Source: Pelagomonas calceolata
Lineage: Eukaryota
NCBI GenBank assembly: GCA_918797485.1
Contig: CAKKNE010000003.1
Location: 1,550,001 to 1,614,000 of the forward strand
Reading direction: 5' to 3'
Length of the DNA: 64,000 nucleotides
The position numbers were made by a program, and so were the translations under genes. Shown here piece by piece: positions 30,015 through 41,118 of this stretch (position 1 is the stretch's first letter; each line of letters begins with the position of its first letter). The notes beneath the pieces are model-generated. The model had not been told where the DNA came from, ran no database searches, and saw nothing but the letters and a program-made list of their open reading frames with translations.

Positions 30015-30410
30015 ATGGGCATGACACAGTCCAGCCACACGCCCGTCGCCGAGGTCATCGCCTCGGCGCCCGTCGTCGTCTTCGCGGCGTCGTCGTCTGT
30101 GTGGAAATCAGATTCACGGCGATGGAGGTTGACGACGGTTTCACCGTTTCAATTATGCTCAGGACTCGCTCGCAGGTCGTGGTGCCCCTTCTGCAAGTCA
30201 GCGAAGGACGCCCTCAAGGAGGCGGGCATCGAGTTCAAAGACGTCGAAGTAACGGACGCCCAGAAGGCCGAGCTCAAAGCATGGACGGGCAAGACGAGCG
30301 TGCCGCAAGTATTCGTCAAGGGCCAGTTCATCGGCGGCTGCAACGACGGGGGACTCGGAGGCACGGTCCCGCTCCTGAAGAGCGGCAAGCTCCAGGAGAT
30401 GCTGAAGTAG
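30015..30410 (+). CDS. Dithiol glutaredoxin (CPFC); exons 30015-30088 and 30176-30410
   Basis: Spliced sequence VVVFAASWCPFC, TSVPQVFVKGQFIGGCND, L.KSGKLQEML. Confidence 0.92.
   Translation: MGMTQSSHTPVAEVIASAPVVVFAASSSVWKSDSRRWRLTTVSPFQLCSGLARRSWCPFCKSAKDALKEAGIEFKDVEVTDAQKAELKAWTGKTSVPQVFVKGQFIGGCNDGGLGGTVPLLKSGKLQEMLK
30089..30183 (+). mobile_element. Decayed introner intron (87-bp intron 30089-30175) from the same family as 1936-2137
   Basis: TSD gtcgtcgt (30089-96) / gtcgtggt (30176-83); left TIR ctgtgtggaaatca at 30097; internal gaggttgacg matches the family core. Confidence 0.85.
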
Positions 30411-30436
30411 GCAACACAAATAACAACTTAGTAGTT

Positions 30437-31414
30437 TCACACCACGTCCCTCGCGCCGCGCGGCGTCGCCAGGAGGCTGCCGATCTCCACGATGATGTCC
30501 TCGCGGTCGTCGTCTTCAATGTACTCGTCCATGGCCTCCTCGCGCGCGGCGATGGGAAGCAGGTCGCCCAGGCAGAGCGGCGTCACGGCGACCCACGTAA
30601 TACACACCCCGGACACGTCCGTCACGAAGCTCACGACACATAGGAGGGCGACCATCCACGCCGACTGGTCGTGCGCCACCGCCGCGATATACGTCCGCAC
30701 GAAGGCCGGCACGAGCGCCGCCCACACCCAGCACGACGCGACGACGTCCAGCACCTTCGCCAGGGCCGCCTTCGGAAGCGTCGCGTTCAGCTCCCTCGCG
30801 TCGAGCGGCACGCGTAACGCGGTCAGCGCGCAGAGGCCGCACGCCAGGCACCGCACCAAGACTCTTAAAGGTAATTCCCGTAACGCACCAAACGTCGACG
30901 AACTCGGGAAAATTACGACCGCGAGCACGAGCAGCCAGAAGAGCGCGAAGCCCAGCACCACGTGCAGGAAGCAGAGCCGCTTGAGCCATTTCCGCGAGAA
31001 GACGTCGTCCGGCTCGTGGCCGCGAGTGAAGCAGCAGCAGCAGCGGCGACGCTCGTAATCCTCGTCGTCCTCGTCATCATCGTCCTCGAAGTCGATGATC
31101 TCCGGCGGTTGCCAGTGTTGCTGGAGCGGCGGCAGCGTTGGGAGCGGCGGCGCGCTCGCCGGGCGGGGCTTCTGCAGCAGGTCCCGCGCCGACGCGGAGG
31201 CGGCGCCGGGTGGTGCCGCGCGTTGCTGCAGCGCTTCGCGGGCGAGTGCCGCGGCGGCGCCGGGCGGTGCAGCCTGTTGAAGCGCTTCGCGAGCGAGAGC
31301 CGCGGCGCTGCCGGGCGGCCGAGTGGTTGGGGCAGCCTGCCCCATGAGTAGTGCATCTCTCGCCAGGGCAGCCGCGGCGCCAGGCGCGAGGGGTATGCTT
31401 TCTTCCGGCTCCAT
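30437..31414 (-). CDS. Hypothetical membrane protein with N-terminal PGAAAALAR[DE]AL repeats
   Basis: About 4 tandem repeats of 15-19 aa, an acidic and poly-Cys patch, then about 4 TM segments. Confidence 0.65.
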   Translation of the reverse strand: MEPEESIPLAPGAAAALARDALLMGQAAPTTRPPGSAAALAREALQQAAPPGAAAALAREALQQRAAPPGAASASARDLLQKPRPASAPPLPTLPPLQQHWQPPEIIDFEDDDDEDDEDYERRRCCCCFTRGHEPDDVFSRKWLKRLCFLHVVLGFALFWLLVLAVVIFPSSSTFGALRELPLRVLVRCLACGLCALTALRVPLDARELNATLPKAALAKVLDVVASCWVWAALVPAFVRTYIAAVAHDQSAWMVALLCVVSFVTDVSGVCITWVAVTPLCLGDLLPIAAREEAMDEYIEDDDREDIIVEIGSLLATPRGARDVV

Positions 31415-31743
31415 ATACGACGTGTGTGGATCCTACGCCATCAATGCGGCATGGACAGTCACATTAGCTGAAAAGCTGCCCATCACGGGATCCCGCACGT
31501 TGGAACGTATCGCTTTTTGTTCGTGCAACGGTGCCTTGCGAACCATCCCTCGGCCTTTGGACGAGTTCCAACTTCTTTCCGACGACTCTCAAAAATGATC
31601 TCTCAAGCTTGGCCAACTCATGAGCTCAGCGGTCGGCGCACACGATACGGTGCCAACGCATGCAAAGACGTTGTTGTCTAGGCGTAAACCGATCGCTCTC
31701 ACGAAACAACCAGCTTTTCGCAGCTGTGCCACGCTAGCTAGCC

Positions 31744-33663
31744 ATGGCATGCATGCTAGCACCCCTGCTGCTGGTGGCTGCCGCCAGCCATGCATTGCAA
31801 GCGCCTCGCCGCGTCGCAAGGCACACGACGCTGCGCATGGCCACGGAAATCGTGCAGTTCACGACGGACTTACGCGTCGAAGATCATGGCGGGTTAAGCG
31901 CGGCAGCGAACGCGGACGCGTGGCTTCCAGTCTACTGCGGCACGGACGCGGACGATGCGCGCGTCGCAAGAGCTCTGCGCGAGCTCGACGCCGAACTTAG
32001 GGAGAAATACGACGCGCCGCTGCGCGTCGTCAAGGGAAACCCGACAAAAATTGCCGACGTCGCATCAAACATGAACGCGGGCGCCGTCCACGTCTGCGCC
32101 GACGACCCTACGGTAGCGACGGAGGACCTGAAAGAGGCCCTGGGAGATAACTTCAAGACCTGGACGGCGCCGCTGCGGGATTTGACAATTGATCCCGAGC
32201 GCGACTTCGACGCGTACATATCAAGCCTCGGTAGCGTTATAAAGCCCGAGGCCGCTCCGGTCAATATGCCGCCCCTCGCATCCACCGATCTGGACGGCGT
32301 CGATTCATTGAAACCGCAGTCGCCGCACGAGGCGCCGTGGGCAGACGTCAGTACAAAGTTCTGCGGCTGCCGGTCCCTCAAAGAAGGCCTGGAAAGCTAC
32401 CTGAGCGAAGGGCGGGGGCCCTTCACCGATCGACACTTCACGAAACCTCAGACAACTTCTCTGTACGCCGCGTCGCTGGCCTGGGTCGTCGGCGATGGTA
32501 CACCGAGCGCGCGCCTCGCGTACCGGGAACCCGCTTCACGAGCCTTCTCGGAGGCGCTGGCGCTAGGCTGTCTGAGCGTCAGAGAAGCGTATTCACTCGC
32601 CCGACGAGGTGGAGCTCTACCTATAACGCAGACGAAGGGTCGAGGGTGGCCCGTCTTCTTCGAGAGGACGGCGACGGCGTTAGGTGATGTCGTCGAGTTC
32701 GGCGAGTACCACCGGTTACTCGCATCGGCAAAGGGGCCTAGATCGAATGGAGACAGCTGGTATAGGTGGGAGGGCCACCTGTGGCGACTGAAGACGCTGC
32801 GGGGCGAAGCCTCATCATCCCCTACATTGGTCTGCGTCCACGGCTTCGGGGCGTCATGTAACCAGTGGGAGCGGCTCACGGAAGCGTTACCTCATGATAT
32901 AGAGCACGTCGTCGCCATTGAATTACTAGGCTTCGGGCTCTCGGCCAAGCCCGGTATAAGCTACACGCAGCACCTCTGGGAGCGCTACGTGAGCGACGCT
33001 CTACGACGTGTGCCGGGGCCCGTGGTGCTGGTAGGCAACTCGATCGGCGGCGGCTTGTGTGCGGGTGTCTCCGCGAATCATCCCGAGAAAGTAGCCGGAT
33101 TAATCTTGTGCAACACGGCGGGAAGCTTGTTGGATGCGGAGCAGGTCAAGGAAGAGGGCGGTTTGGATGTCGCTGCGAAGACGCTGAACCTTGATTTGGC
33201 GCCGTATGCTGGACCGCCGCAATTTGCGTTGGACGCCTTCGGGGAAGTCGTCATCGCCGGTCTAAGACCGAAGATCCCCGAACTCCTAAAAAAGTACTAC
33301 GACGTGCGGCCGGAAAACGCGGACGTGGCCCTCGCTAACGCTATTTCGAGGGACGCGCGGGACCCTGGCGCGGCCAACGTTATTGGTTCGGGTGCGAAGC
33401 TGCCCCCCCAGCGGTCGCTGAACGAGGACTTTGGGATCTATGAGGGCCCGATCTTGGTCCCGCAGGGTTCTAGGGATGCCGTGACGGGCCCCGAGCGCGC
33501 TGTTCAGCGTGCCGACGACCTCGAGAAGCTCCGGCCAGACATCACGGTCGAGAAATTAATCTCGGGCCACTGCCCCCACGACGAGACCCCCGATTTGGTC
33601 GCCGGCGCTATTGGCGGGTGGTGGCCCCGCGCCGTGGAACGCGCTAGAAGTCTAACAATTTAG
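31744..33663 (+). CDS. Photolyase-N-like domain fused to an alpha/beta hydrolase; probably plastid-targeted
   Basis: FTTDLRVEDHGGL (photolyase N-terminal); VCVHGFGAS, ELLGFGLS, GNSIGG, SGHCPHDE.P. Confidence 0.85.
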   Translation: MACMLAPLLLVAAASHALQAPRRVARHTTLRMATEIVQFTTDLRVEDHGGLSAAANADAWLPVYCGTDADDARVARALRELDAELREKYDAPLRVVKGNPTKIADVASNMNAGAVHVCADDPTVATEDLKEALGDNFKTWTAPLRDLTIDPERDFDAYISSLGSVIKPEAAPVNMPPLASTDLDGVDSLKPQSPHEAPWADVSTKFCGCRSLKEGLESYLSEGRGPFTDRHFTKPQTTSLYAASLAWVVGDGTPSARLAYREPASRAFSEALALGCLSVREAYSLARRGGALPITQTKGRGWPVFFERTATALGDVVEFGEYHRLLASAKGPRSNGDSWYRWEGHLWRLKTLRGEASSSPTLVCVHGFGASCNQWERLTEALPHDIEHVVAIELLGFGLSAKPGISYTQHLWERYVSDALRRVPGPVVLVGNSIGGGLCAGVSANHPEKVAGLILCNTAGSLLDAEQVKEEGGLDVAAKTLNLDLAPYAGPPQFALDAFGEVVIAGLRPKIPELLKKYYDVRPENADVALANAISRDARDPGAANVIGSGAKLPPQRSLNEDFGIYEGPILVPQGSRDAVTGPERAVQRADDLEKLRPDITVEKLISGHCPHDETPDLVAGAIGGWWPRAVERARSLTI

Positions 33664-33761
33664 TAGTCGTCGCCGCCGCCCTCGCCGCCGAACATGTCCA
33701 TGCCGCCGGCCATGTCAATCTCCTCCTCCTCTTCCTCTTCCTTCTTCTCTTCCTCCTTCTC

Positions 33762-33817
<56 letters not shown>

Positions 33818-34037
33818 AGCCGCCCGGCTTGACGATGAGGTTCTTGCAGTTGTCGCCCGACGTGAAGAACTTGGCCGCGATCATGGGCCAGTAGGCCTCG
33901 ACCTCGTTCCCCGTGGCCTCGACCATGGCCTTGATCGAGTCGGCGTTGATCTCCGCGCCGCCGTCGTGGAGCGCGAGCGCCGCGAAGCACACGCAGTGCT
34001 CGTCCTTCTCGGCCTTCGAGAGACCCGCGAGCGCCAT
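33660..34037 (-). CDS. RPLP1: 60S acidic ribosomal protein P1
   Basis: CVCFAALALHDGG.EI....K...A.GNEVEAYWP; Gly linker; acidic tail. Confidence 0.93.
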
Positions 34038-34645
34038 TTTTTTCGTCTCAAATACCTTTCACCCTCGAGAGGGACTCGACGACGTCTGTGCGTAGTCAAG
34101 CGGTACCTGCGCGGCAAGAGGTGAGTTTTACAATTTTTTGTATTTGTGTATGAAGCGAGCGACGGTCTCGGCGCGTCCCCAGGCCTGCCCGGTCGGCGGC
34201 GTTTAGGTGCTGGAGGTCCAGCCCTAGCAACACACCGTATGCGCCGTGTCGCCCACGGCCAGCGATGCGGTGCACAGGCGTGTTCGAGGGGTATGTCGAC
34301 GGCGTCCGGAGCGCTTCGAGTCTCTGAAATTCGCAGTAGCAACGCTGTGCGGCACCAAAGACGGCTGCTTTGTATGCTCGCTTTTTGCGCGACGCCTCTA
34401 AAAAAACTAAAAACTCCGGGACCGATGATGGCACGAGGACTCTCGGGGAAGGCTGGCGAGAGCTCTCGCCGTGGATGAGGCCGTTTCGCGAGGCCGTCGA
34501 CGGCCCATCGGTTGGAGGACCGAGCTGCCAAAACGGTGGACGTAGCACCGGTGCAGCTGCCCAAACCGGTGCGACAGCAGCACACCGTACGCCTCGCACA
34601 GCCGCCGCAGCGCCGCGGCAGCCGAACCACACAAAACGAGCAACC

Positions 34646-36241
34646 ATGACCTCCTGGGCCCAAGTGTCAAAATGCTGGAAGGTAGACAATGGAGACGACT
34701 TCGACGCGAAGGCCCTGGAGTTGTATTTCCCCGCCGCCAAAGACCACGAGGGCGCCGAAGCAAGAAAAACGATCTGGAAGGCCATGGACAACAACGGCAA
34801 CAAATATGTGAGTTTAGCCGAGTACGACGGGTGGTTTAATCAACACACGGGCCAGCTCGAGACGAAGGCCGGCTGCAAGCCGGTTGCCGGAAAGTCCACT
34901 ATTTTTACGTATGCCCGGCCCGTGTTGATCAGGGCGTTTACGCTAGCGAATGGCGTTGCTCCTACCTCACCCCATAAAGCTGGGTTAGATGGCGACGAGT
35001 ATGTTACAAGGGATGAATTAAGGTGTCTCATGGTCGTGACCCAGGCGGCGCTGAAGATTTACCGGTTATTTGAGAGCGCGGATACGTCTGGCGATCGCCG
35101 ATGTACGCGCGACGAGTGGGACGCGGGTCTCGAGCATATGAATAACGAGCTGAAATCCTACGGTCTAGCAGGTGATTTGGTCAGTGACGACTTCGACAAG
35201 GTCGATGCGGATGGGGGTGGGTCGATACTGTTAGATGAGGCGGTGCACTTTTTCTTAGATCGGTTATGTGATGATCCAGCATTACTGAGGGAGAACGTGA
35301 GTGAAACAAAGGAGTTAGCCGAGCGGTCGGCGAAGAACATCGCCGTCGCTCCCAGTAAGCCTCCCGCACCAGAGAAGAAGAAGCACAAGGTACTAACCAC
35401 GTCCAAGGTCTGGGACTTGGTTGTGAATCAGGGTATGGGTGCTGTGCACATTCAACGAGCGTGTGATGCGGCGCATCTGGGCGACGACATCACGCTCAAA
35501 GCGGAACGAAGAGGCCGGGGCTTCATCCTGACGGCGACGGTTCCTAGAACGTTCGACGCCTGGACGTGGCTCGACGAGGAGTTGAAGGAGGTGCTTTCAG
35601 ATTTGGTCCAAGATATTAGTTTGAGGGGTGTGAAGAAGAAGGCGCCGGCCTTCGACGGCGCCCCGCCTCCTGTGAAGCCAGTTGTTGTGGAGGCGGCGGC
35701 GCCCGCGCCGCCGCCGCCGCCACCAGTCACACAAGCGGAGCCCGGCATGAAATTGCACTACGAGGGCGTCGAGCTTTGTCTGAGACAGACGGGCGCCGCG
35801 GCCACGGGCCAGGGGCCTTTGACACTAGAATTCGGCGGTCTGAGAGTTACGGTCGAGCGCAGCGACGGCGTCTCCACCATCGCCGGCGGGCGCGTCGAGC
35901 GGCGCCACGCGACGGTCCGCTCGCCGCGGCGGCGAATTACTCGAAAGCCGCTCCACGTCACCGGAAACAGTACAGGATCGCCCGTGCGCCGGTCGACGGC
36001 TCCCGTCAAGCCGCCGCCCTCACCTAGACGAGAAGCGCCGGCGGTCCTCCCGAGCGGCTGGTCGCGCAAGTGGTGCCCGCGCAAGAGCCGCTACTACTAC
36101 CTCGACCACGCGACCAAAACGACGACCTGGAAGCACCCCTTGGAACTGCGGCCGTCGTCCGTGCGCGCGTCGGTCGACCCCTTCTCGAGCTTCTACGACT
36201 ACGACGTCCTCGCGTCGCCGGACGCGCGCACGCGGCGCTAA
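34646..36241 (+). CDS. EF-hand protein (flagellar Ca-binding-like) with a C-terminal WW domain
   Basis: [41 protein letters not shown].......[17 protein letters not shown]. Confidence 0.85.
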   Translation: MTSWAQVSKCWKVDNGDDFDAKALELYFPAAKDHEGAEARKTIWKAMDNNGNKYVSLAEYDGWFNQHTGQLETKAGCKPVAGKSTIFTYARPVLIRAFTLANGVAPTSPHKAGLDGDEYVTRDELRCLMVVTQAALKIYRLFESADTSGDRRCTRDEWDAGLEHMNNELKSYGLAGDLVSDDFDKVDADGGGSILLDEAVHFFLDRLCDDPALLRENVSETKELAERSAKNIAVAPSKPPAPEKKKHKVLTTSKVWDLVVNQGMGAVHIQRACDAAHLGDDITLKAERRGRGFILTATVPRTFDAWTWLDEELKEVLSDLVQDISLRGVKKKAPAFDGAPPPVKPVVVEAAAPAPPPPPPVTQAEPGMKLHYEGVELCLRQTGAAATGQGPLTLEFGGLRVTVERSDGVSTIAGGRVERRHATVRSPRRRITRKPLHVTGNSTGSPVRRSTAPVKPPPSPRREAPAVLPSGWSRKWCPRKSRYYYLDHATKTTTWKHPLELRPSSVRASVDPFSSFYDYDVLASPDARTRR

Positions 36242-36803
36242 GTACTCACGCGTCTTTTATCCTATCTTCAGTGCCGCGTCGGGGGGCGTACTTGTCGCGC
36301 GGTTCAGGACCTCCGCCCGCGCATCGTTGCCTTTTGTTCACTACGGAGTTGTGATTATTCGCGCCGGCGGCGCGGCGGGTGATCGCGGCGGGTTCTCGCC
36401 GCCACGGCGAGACCTCCCCGGGCGCCCCGGGACCCGCCTGCGACGCCCACACGCGTCCCCCTCACATGATCCCACTAGCCATTTCGCAGAGCTCCCACTT
36501 GTGGGAGTGCATGAGCCATCTGGGAGCGGGGCCAAGACGCAGCCGACGGCTGCCCCAAAGTGCTGCGGAGGCACTCTCGCCTCCAGCCGGCGCTGCCTGC
36601 CCGGTCGCAGCGCCGGCGCGCGCGCGCAGGCGCCGCGGCGATTGGCGTCCTGCGGGAGAGCAGCCCCGCCGAGCACCCGCAGTGACTCCCGGTGCCCCTG
36701 GTGCGCACGGAGCTCTCAGCAAGGTAGAGACTAACGGTGACCGCGCCACTCGCTCCCCGGCGAGGATCCACAAGCAACACCCTCGGAGGAAGAGGATCCC
36801 GGC

Positions 36804-37979
36804 ATGGCGCCGCCGGCCGCTACTATAATAGAAGGCCGCCTCTACTACTGTAGTGTACGACACAACCAGCCCCCGACGGGAGAGGGCTCGCACTGGTTTA
36901 GTATTGATGATGCGCTCGTGTATTGGAATTTCTTTCTCGACTTTGGACCGCTGAACCTGGGGCAACTCTATCGTTTTTGTGCTTTACTGAACCAGAAGCT
37001 CAGAGCTCCAGAACTTAGTGAGAGGCCGATCTACTACTACTCGTCTTCTGATCCTCGAGCGAGATCGAACGCCGCCGTCCTGATCGGTTGTTGGCAAATC
37101 CTATACTTACAACGAACGCCGGAGGAGGCCTGGGCGCCCTTATCGACCTACGGCAGATACGCGCCGTTTCATGATGCCTCACCTTGTGCCTGCACGTATG
37201 ATGTGACGGTGCTCGATTGCCTGAAAGGCCTCCACAAAGCGCGAGCTTGTAATTTTTTCGACTTCGACGCCTTCGATTTAAATGAATATGAACATTTTGA
37301 AGCGGTGGAGCACGGCGATTTGAACTGGCTCGTGTATGGTCGGTTTTTTGCCTTCGCGGGCCCGCACGACGCGCACCGGAACCCCCACACCGGGTATGAA
37401 ACGTTAGCGCCCGAGGACTACGTGCCCTACTTCAAGTCCAGGAACGTTTCATTGATAGTACGATTGAACAAGCCCTACTACGATAGGCAAAAATTTCTGA
37501 AGAACGGCATCGATCATGTGGACATGTACTACTTGGATGGGTCGAATCCACCGATTAAGATATTGAGGAAGTTCCTCGAGGTCTGCGAACAGACCACAGG
37601 CGCGATCGGGGTCCACTGCAAAGCTGGATTAGGAAGAACGGGAACGTGCATCGGCTGCTACTGCATGAAGCACCACAAGTTCACGGCGGCGGAAATCATT
37701 GCGTGGTTCCGCATCTGCCGGCCCGGTTCCGTGATCGGTCCCCAACAGCACTTCATGCAGGAGATGGAGCGCGTGTTGTGGCAAGAAGGGGAGGCCTTCA
37801 AGCTGAAGCGGTCGCCCTCGATGTCGAAGAAGGTCGTGTCCAAGGAAGATGAGTCCGTGGCGTCGCTCGGATCTTCCATGAAGGGGTTGGCTCTCGCGGG
37901 CGCGCGGTCGCTGTCGCCTTCCGGTACAACGCCGACGCAGGGCGACTTCCTCCGCCAGGCGCGCCAACGCACCGGATGA
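36804..37979 (+). CDS. CDC14: Dual-specificity phosphatase Cdc14
   Basis: DFGPLNLGQLYRFC, VEHGDLNW, VHCKAGLGRTG, RICRPGSVIGPQQ. Confidence 0.96.
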   Translation: MAPPAATIIEGRLYYCSVRHNQPPTGEGSHWFSIDDALVYWNFFLDFGPLNLGQLYRFCALLNQKLRAPELSERPIYYYSSSDPRARSNAAVLIGCWQILYLQRTPEEAWAPLSTYGRYAPFHDASPCACTYDVTVLDCLKGLHKARACNFFDFDAFDLNEYEHFEAVEHGDLNWLVYGRFFAFAGPHDAHRNPHTGYETLAPEDYVPYFKSRNVSLIVRLNKPYYDRQKFLKNGIDHVDMYYLDGSNPPIKILRKFLEVCEQTTGAIGVHCKAGLGRTGTCIGCYCMKHHKFTAAEIIAWFRICRPGSVIGPQQHFMQEMERVLWQEGEAFKLKRSPSMSKKVVSKEDESVASLGSSMKGLALAGARSLSPSGTTPTQGDFLRQARQRTG

Positions 37980-38417
37980 CCCGTCTCGCCCGCCCTTATT
38001 ACTCGTCTCGGACGCCCTTAATCTTAGAGAATAGCATTCATCTCTCGTATCCCTTGCCTCGCGCGCGGGCGGCGTTTGTGGCCGCCTCTGCGCGCCTTTT
38101 TGTGCTGCCCCGTGTAGCACGAGCCCCGGGCGCGCCCCAGGACGCCTATCGGATTGGATGAACGGGTCCGGAGGGACCCGCTGACGCTAGTATAGAACAC
38201 ATTAGTTCACTGAAATAACCGGCCAGCCAGCAGGCGTTTATCCTCCCTGCTCGCGCCCGCGGGCCCCTCCCAGCGGGCTGTGCTAGCGCGGGAGACTACT
38301 GGGACCGGCCGCTGTAACGCGCCCGACCGCCAGAGTGGGACCAAATACCGGGCCAGCCGGCGAGACGCCCCGAATCGCCTGGACAGCGCCCGACGGGCCA
38401 AAACATCCGCCGGACCG

Positions 38418-39371
38418 ATGTACTCGCCGCCGCAGTCGCCGCCGCAGTCGCCGCCGCGGACCTACACCGCTTCGCTGGGCGACCGCGACTACGACGAGGA
38501 GCGGAAGGACGATTCCCTGCGGAGCGACCCGTCGAGCGTCATATCGACGGCGTCGACGATGGCGACGCCGGCGAAGCTCGAGGCCGGCGATCGGGTGTTG
38601 GGGACGTACGGCGACGAGACGAGAAGGGCCGTGGTGAGAGACGTCGACGAGACGGGCGAGAAGATCGTCGTCGAGTTCTCGCCGACACCGCGAAGCGCGA
38701 GTCAGGTGTCCTCCATGTTCGCGCGCGACGTGAGCTTCGTGTCGCGGCCGGCGAAGCCGCACGCTTTAGCGCACCTCTTGCCACCGAAGTTGGGCGACGC
38801 GTTGGGACGCACCGTTGAATTATCTGAAGCGTTCCGTGATGCCGAGGCTATTGGGATATATATTGTGGATCAAGCGAGACCATCGGCGGCGGCCACCGAA
38901 AGATTAGCTAATCTGAGGCGGTGGGTCGGAGGGAGAAAGTTCGGAGTAGCTTTATATGAGCTCTCGTCGCAGATGCCCGGCGACGTCGACATGACCCTCA
39001 AGGCCAAAGGAGGGCACAGAGTATTGTTAGGCGACGACCCCAATATATTAGTAGTGGACTCCCCAGAAACTGTGGTCCAGAACTGGAACCTGTTTGAAGT
39101 TTGTTCAGTGCGCCAGCTGCCCGCCCTGGTGGTCGTGTCGCCGTCCGCCGAGGTGTTCACGCGCGACGGCGTCGAGGCTCTGTGTTCTACTGCTGAATTT
39201 CCGTGGAAGGGCTACCAGTCGCCCCAAACAAAGCGGTTGGAGTTCAAGCGCAAGGCGATCCACGCCTGCTCGCTCGGCGTCGCCGGTTTATTGGCGCTGC
39301 TGGGCGCCTACCGCGTGCTCTCCTTCGCCCTCTCGGCGCTGGGCGCCCTCGTCACGACGGCGTCCGCCTAG
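38418..39371 (+). CDS. Hypothetical protein with a degenerate nucleoredoxin-like fold and C-terminal TM
   Basis: EAIGIY, F.V..LPALVVVSP...VFTRDG, FPW; no CxxC motif; hydrophobic tail. Confidence 0.5.
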   Translation: MYSPPQSPPQSPPRTYTASLGDRDYDEERKDDSLRSDPSSVISTASTMATPAKLEAGDRVLGTYGDETRRAVVRDVDETGEKIVVEFSPTPRSASQVSSMFARDVSFVSRPAKPHALAHLLPPKLGDALGRTVELSEAFRDAEAIGIYIVDQARPSAAATERLANLRRWVGGRKFGVALYELSSQMPGDVDMTLKAKGGHRVLLGDDPNILVVDSPETVVQNWNLFEVCSVRQLPALVVVSPSAEVFTRDGVEALCSTAEFPWKGYQSPQTKRLEFKRKAIHACSLGVAGLLALLGAYRVLSFALSALGALVTTASA

Positions 39372-39784
39372 GCCCCGGTTCGCGTCGCTATGACGCGCCG
39401 GCCGGCCCCGCGTGCGTGCCTACGCGCGCGCGCCCTAATTCATTATGTCCTAGACTCACTGACTTGCATCCTGTCTCTGCGGCTGCGCGTAGAGATGCGT
39501 AAAGCTTGCTCGCTAGTGCCTTACATGCCGCTAGCACACGCGACTCGTCGCGACCAAAAAAACAAGTGCGTCGCTGGCTCTTGGTGCCTCGCTGTCGGCG
39601 TGAGAATCTCCTGAGTGCTCCCAACGAAGCGCTGCAGCAATATCGGCTGGCGATCGTGGTACAGGCTTGATCAGCGGTGCCGAGGCTGCACGGCCTCCAC
39701 GCCATCGACGCGTCGTAGCGTAGCCTGACCAATTAATTATAACCCATAGACGTGCGCCGCCGCCGCCAGCGATCGACGACAGCA

Positions 39785-40918
39785 ATGGCCGACGCCCCGC
39801 CAAGACCACCAATAGACGACATCACGGCCATGTCGCAGACGCTGACGATCGAGGGCGGCGTGCACGCCTTCGCGCGGCCGGCGCGACGGAAGACGGGTTC
39901 GTTGTTCGTGGCCATTCCCTTTGAACGAGATCCCTTAGTGATGCGCGAATTGCTCGAACCGTGTTCGACGGTCGACGACCTTTATGGAGACGAGTACGAC
40001 GACGCGTCCGACGAGGAGCCGCCCGGGGCCGTCGTCCAAAGGTGCACTTCGGATAATGTCATCAAGTGCGCCAAGCCCAAGTTCCGCGAGTTGATTGTTC
40101 CTGAATCCGCAAAACTCGCAGCGGAGCTAGGAGGCGCCCCGGACGAAGAGCCCGTCATCGAGGAAAAGCGCGACATCGATGGAAAAGAATGTAGTGTAGT
40201 GAGCTACGCGACGTGGCTAGATACGCAGCTGTACGGCGACGACCTCAAGTTTATCAACGCCGATTTCGTCGAGTTCGAGTTGGGACCGCGGAAAATCTTG
40301 ATAGGCCAGAACCGGGGCGTGGGCAAGGGCGGCCACTTCTGGGACGGCGCCTACGTGCTGGCGGAGGCGTTGGTCGTGAGTCCGCCCGACGCTCTGAGGA
40401 GGAATGAGGCTTGTAGCGTACTGGAGCTTGGTGCTGGTGCCGGCTTGACAGGTATATTTGTGGGCCTGGAGCACGAATCAACCAAGGTGACGCTGACCGA
40501 TGGCGACGATGGCGTTCTAGATTTATTGAGGAAGAACTGCCACCGGAACCGAGTGCAGGCGCGCGTCGCGAAGCTCGTCTGGCAGGCCGACGAAGGAGAC
40601 AGTAACACCCAGTCCGAGGAGGCCTGGCATCCCTCGTGTAAGGAGGGCGACGACGATTTGAATGAAAAATTCGACGTCATAATCGCCGCGGAAGCGGTTG
40701 CCCCGATCTACGACGCGCGCGCCTTCGTCGATACATTGAGAAGGCATGCCCACGCGAAGACGGACATTCGACTGGTTTGTAAAGATGGTCGGTGGCCGGA
40801 CCACGCGGCCTACTTCTACGAAGTGCTAGGGGAGCACTTCGACTTCCGGTCCGACGATCCCGTCACAAAACTGAAAGCCACCTACTTCTCGGTCGTGCGG
40901 GCGCGGCTGAAGGCGTAG
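39785..40918 (+). CDS. METTL21-like protein-lysine methyltransferase (Methyltransf_16)
   Basis: GGHFWDGAYVLA, VLELGAGAGLTG, VTLTD, L.W, FDVIIAAE. Confidence 0.88.
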   Translation: MADAPPRPPIDDITAMSQTLTIEGGVHAFARPARRKTGSLFVAIPFERDPLVMRELLEPCSTVDDLYGDEYDDASDEEPPGAVVQRCTSDNVIKCAKPKFRELIVPESAKLAAELGGAPDEEPVIEEKRDIDGKECSVVSYATWLDTQLYGDDLKFINADFVEFELGPRKILIGQNRGVGKGGHFWDGAYVLAEALVVSPPDALRRNEACSVLELGAGAGLTGIFVGLEHESTKVTLTDGDDGVLDLLRKNCHRNRVQARVAKLVWQADEGDSNTQSEEAWHPSCKEGDDDLNEKFDVIIAAEAVAPIYDARAFVDTLRRHAHAKTDIRLVCKDGRWPDHAAYFYEVLGEHFDFRSDDPVTKLKATYFSVVRARLKA

Positions 40919-41118
40919 TGGTAGTTTTATGGTAATAAGTGCGAGTCTAATATCACTGGCGCGCGTCGGTGGCGTATGCGCGCGCTGAACACGATGCGAC
41001 CCGGGCCCAATGTCAAACCCATCGCCGCCCGCGGGCCGCGGACGTCACGACACGGCACTTGTCACGGCTCCGAGTCGCGACACTCATCATACTCTATCAT
41101 CATACTAATCATACAAAC

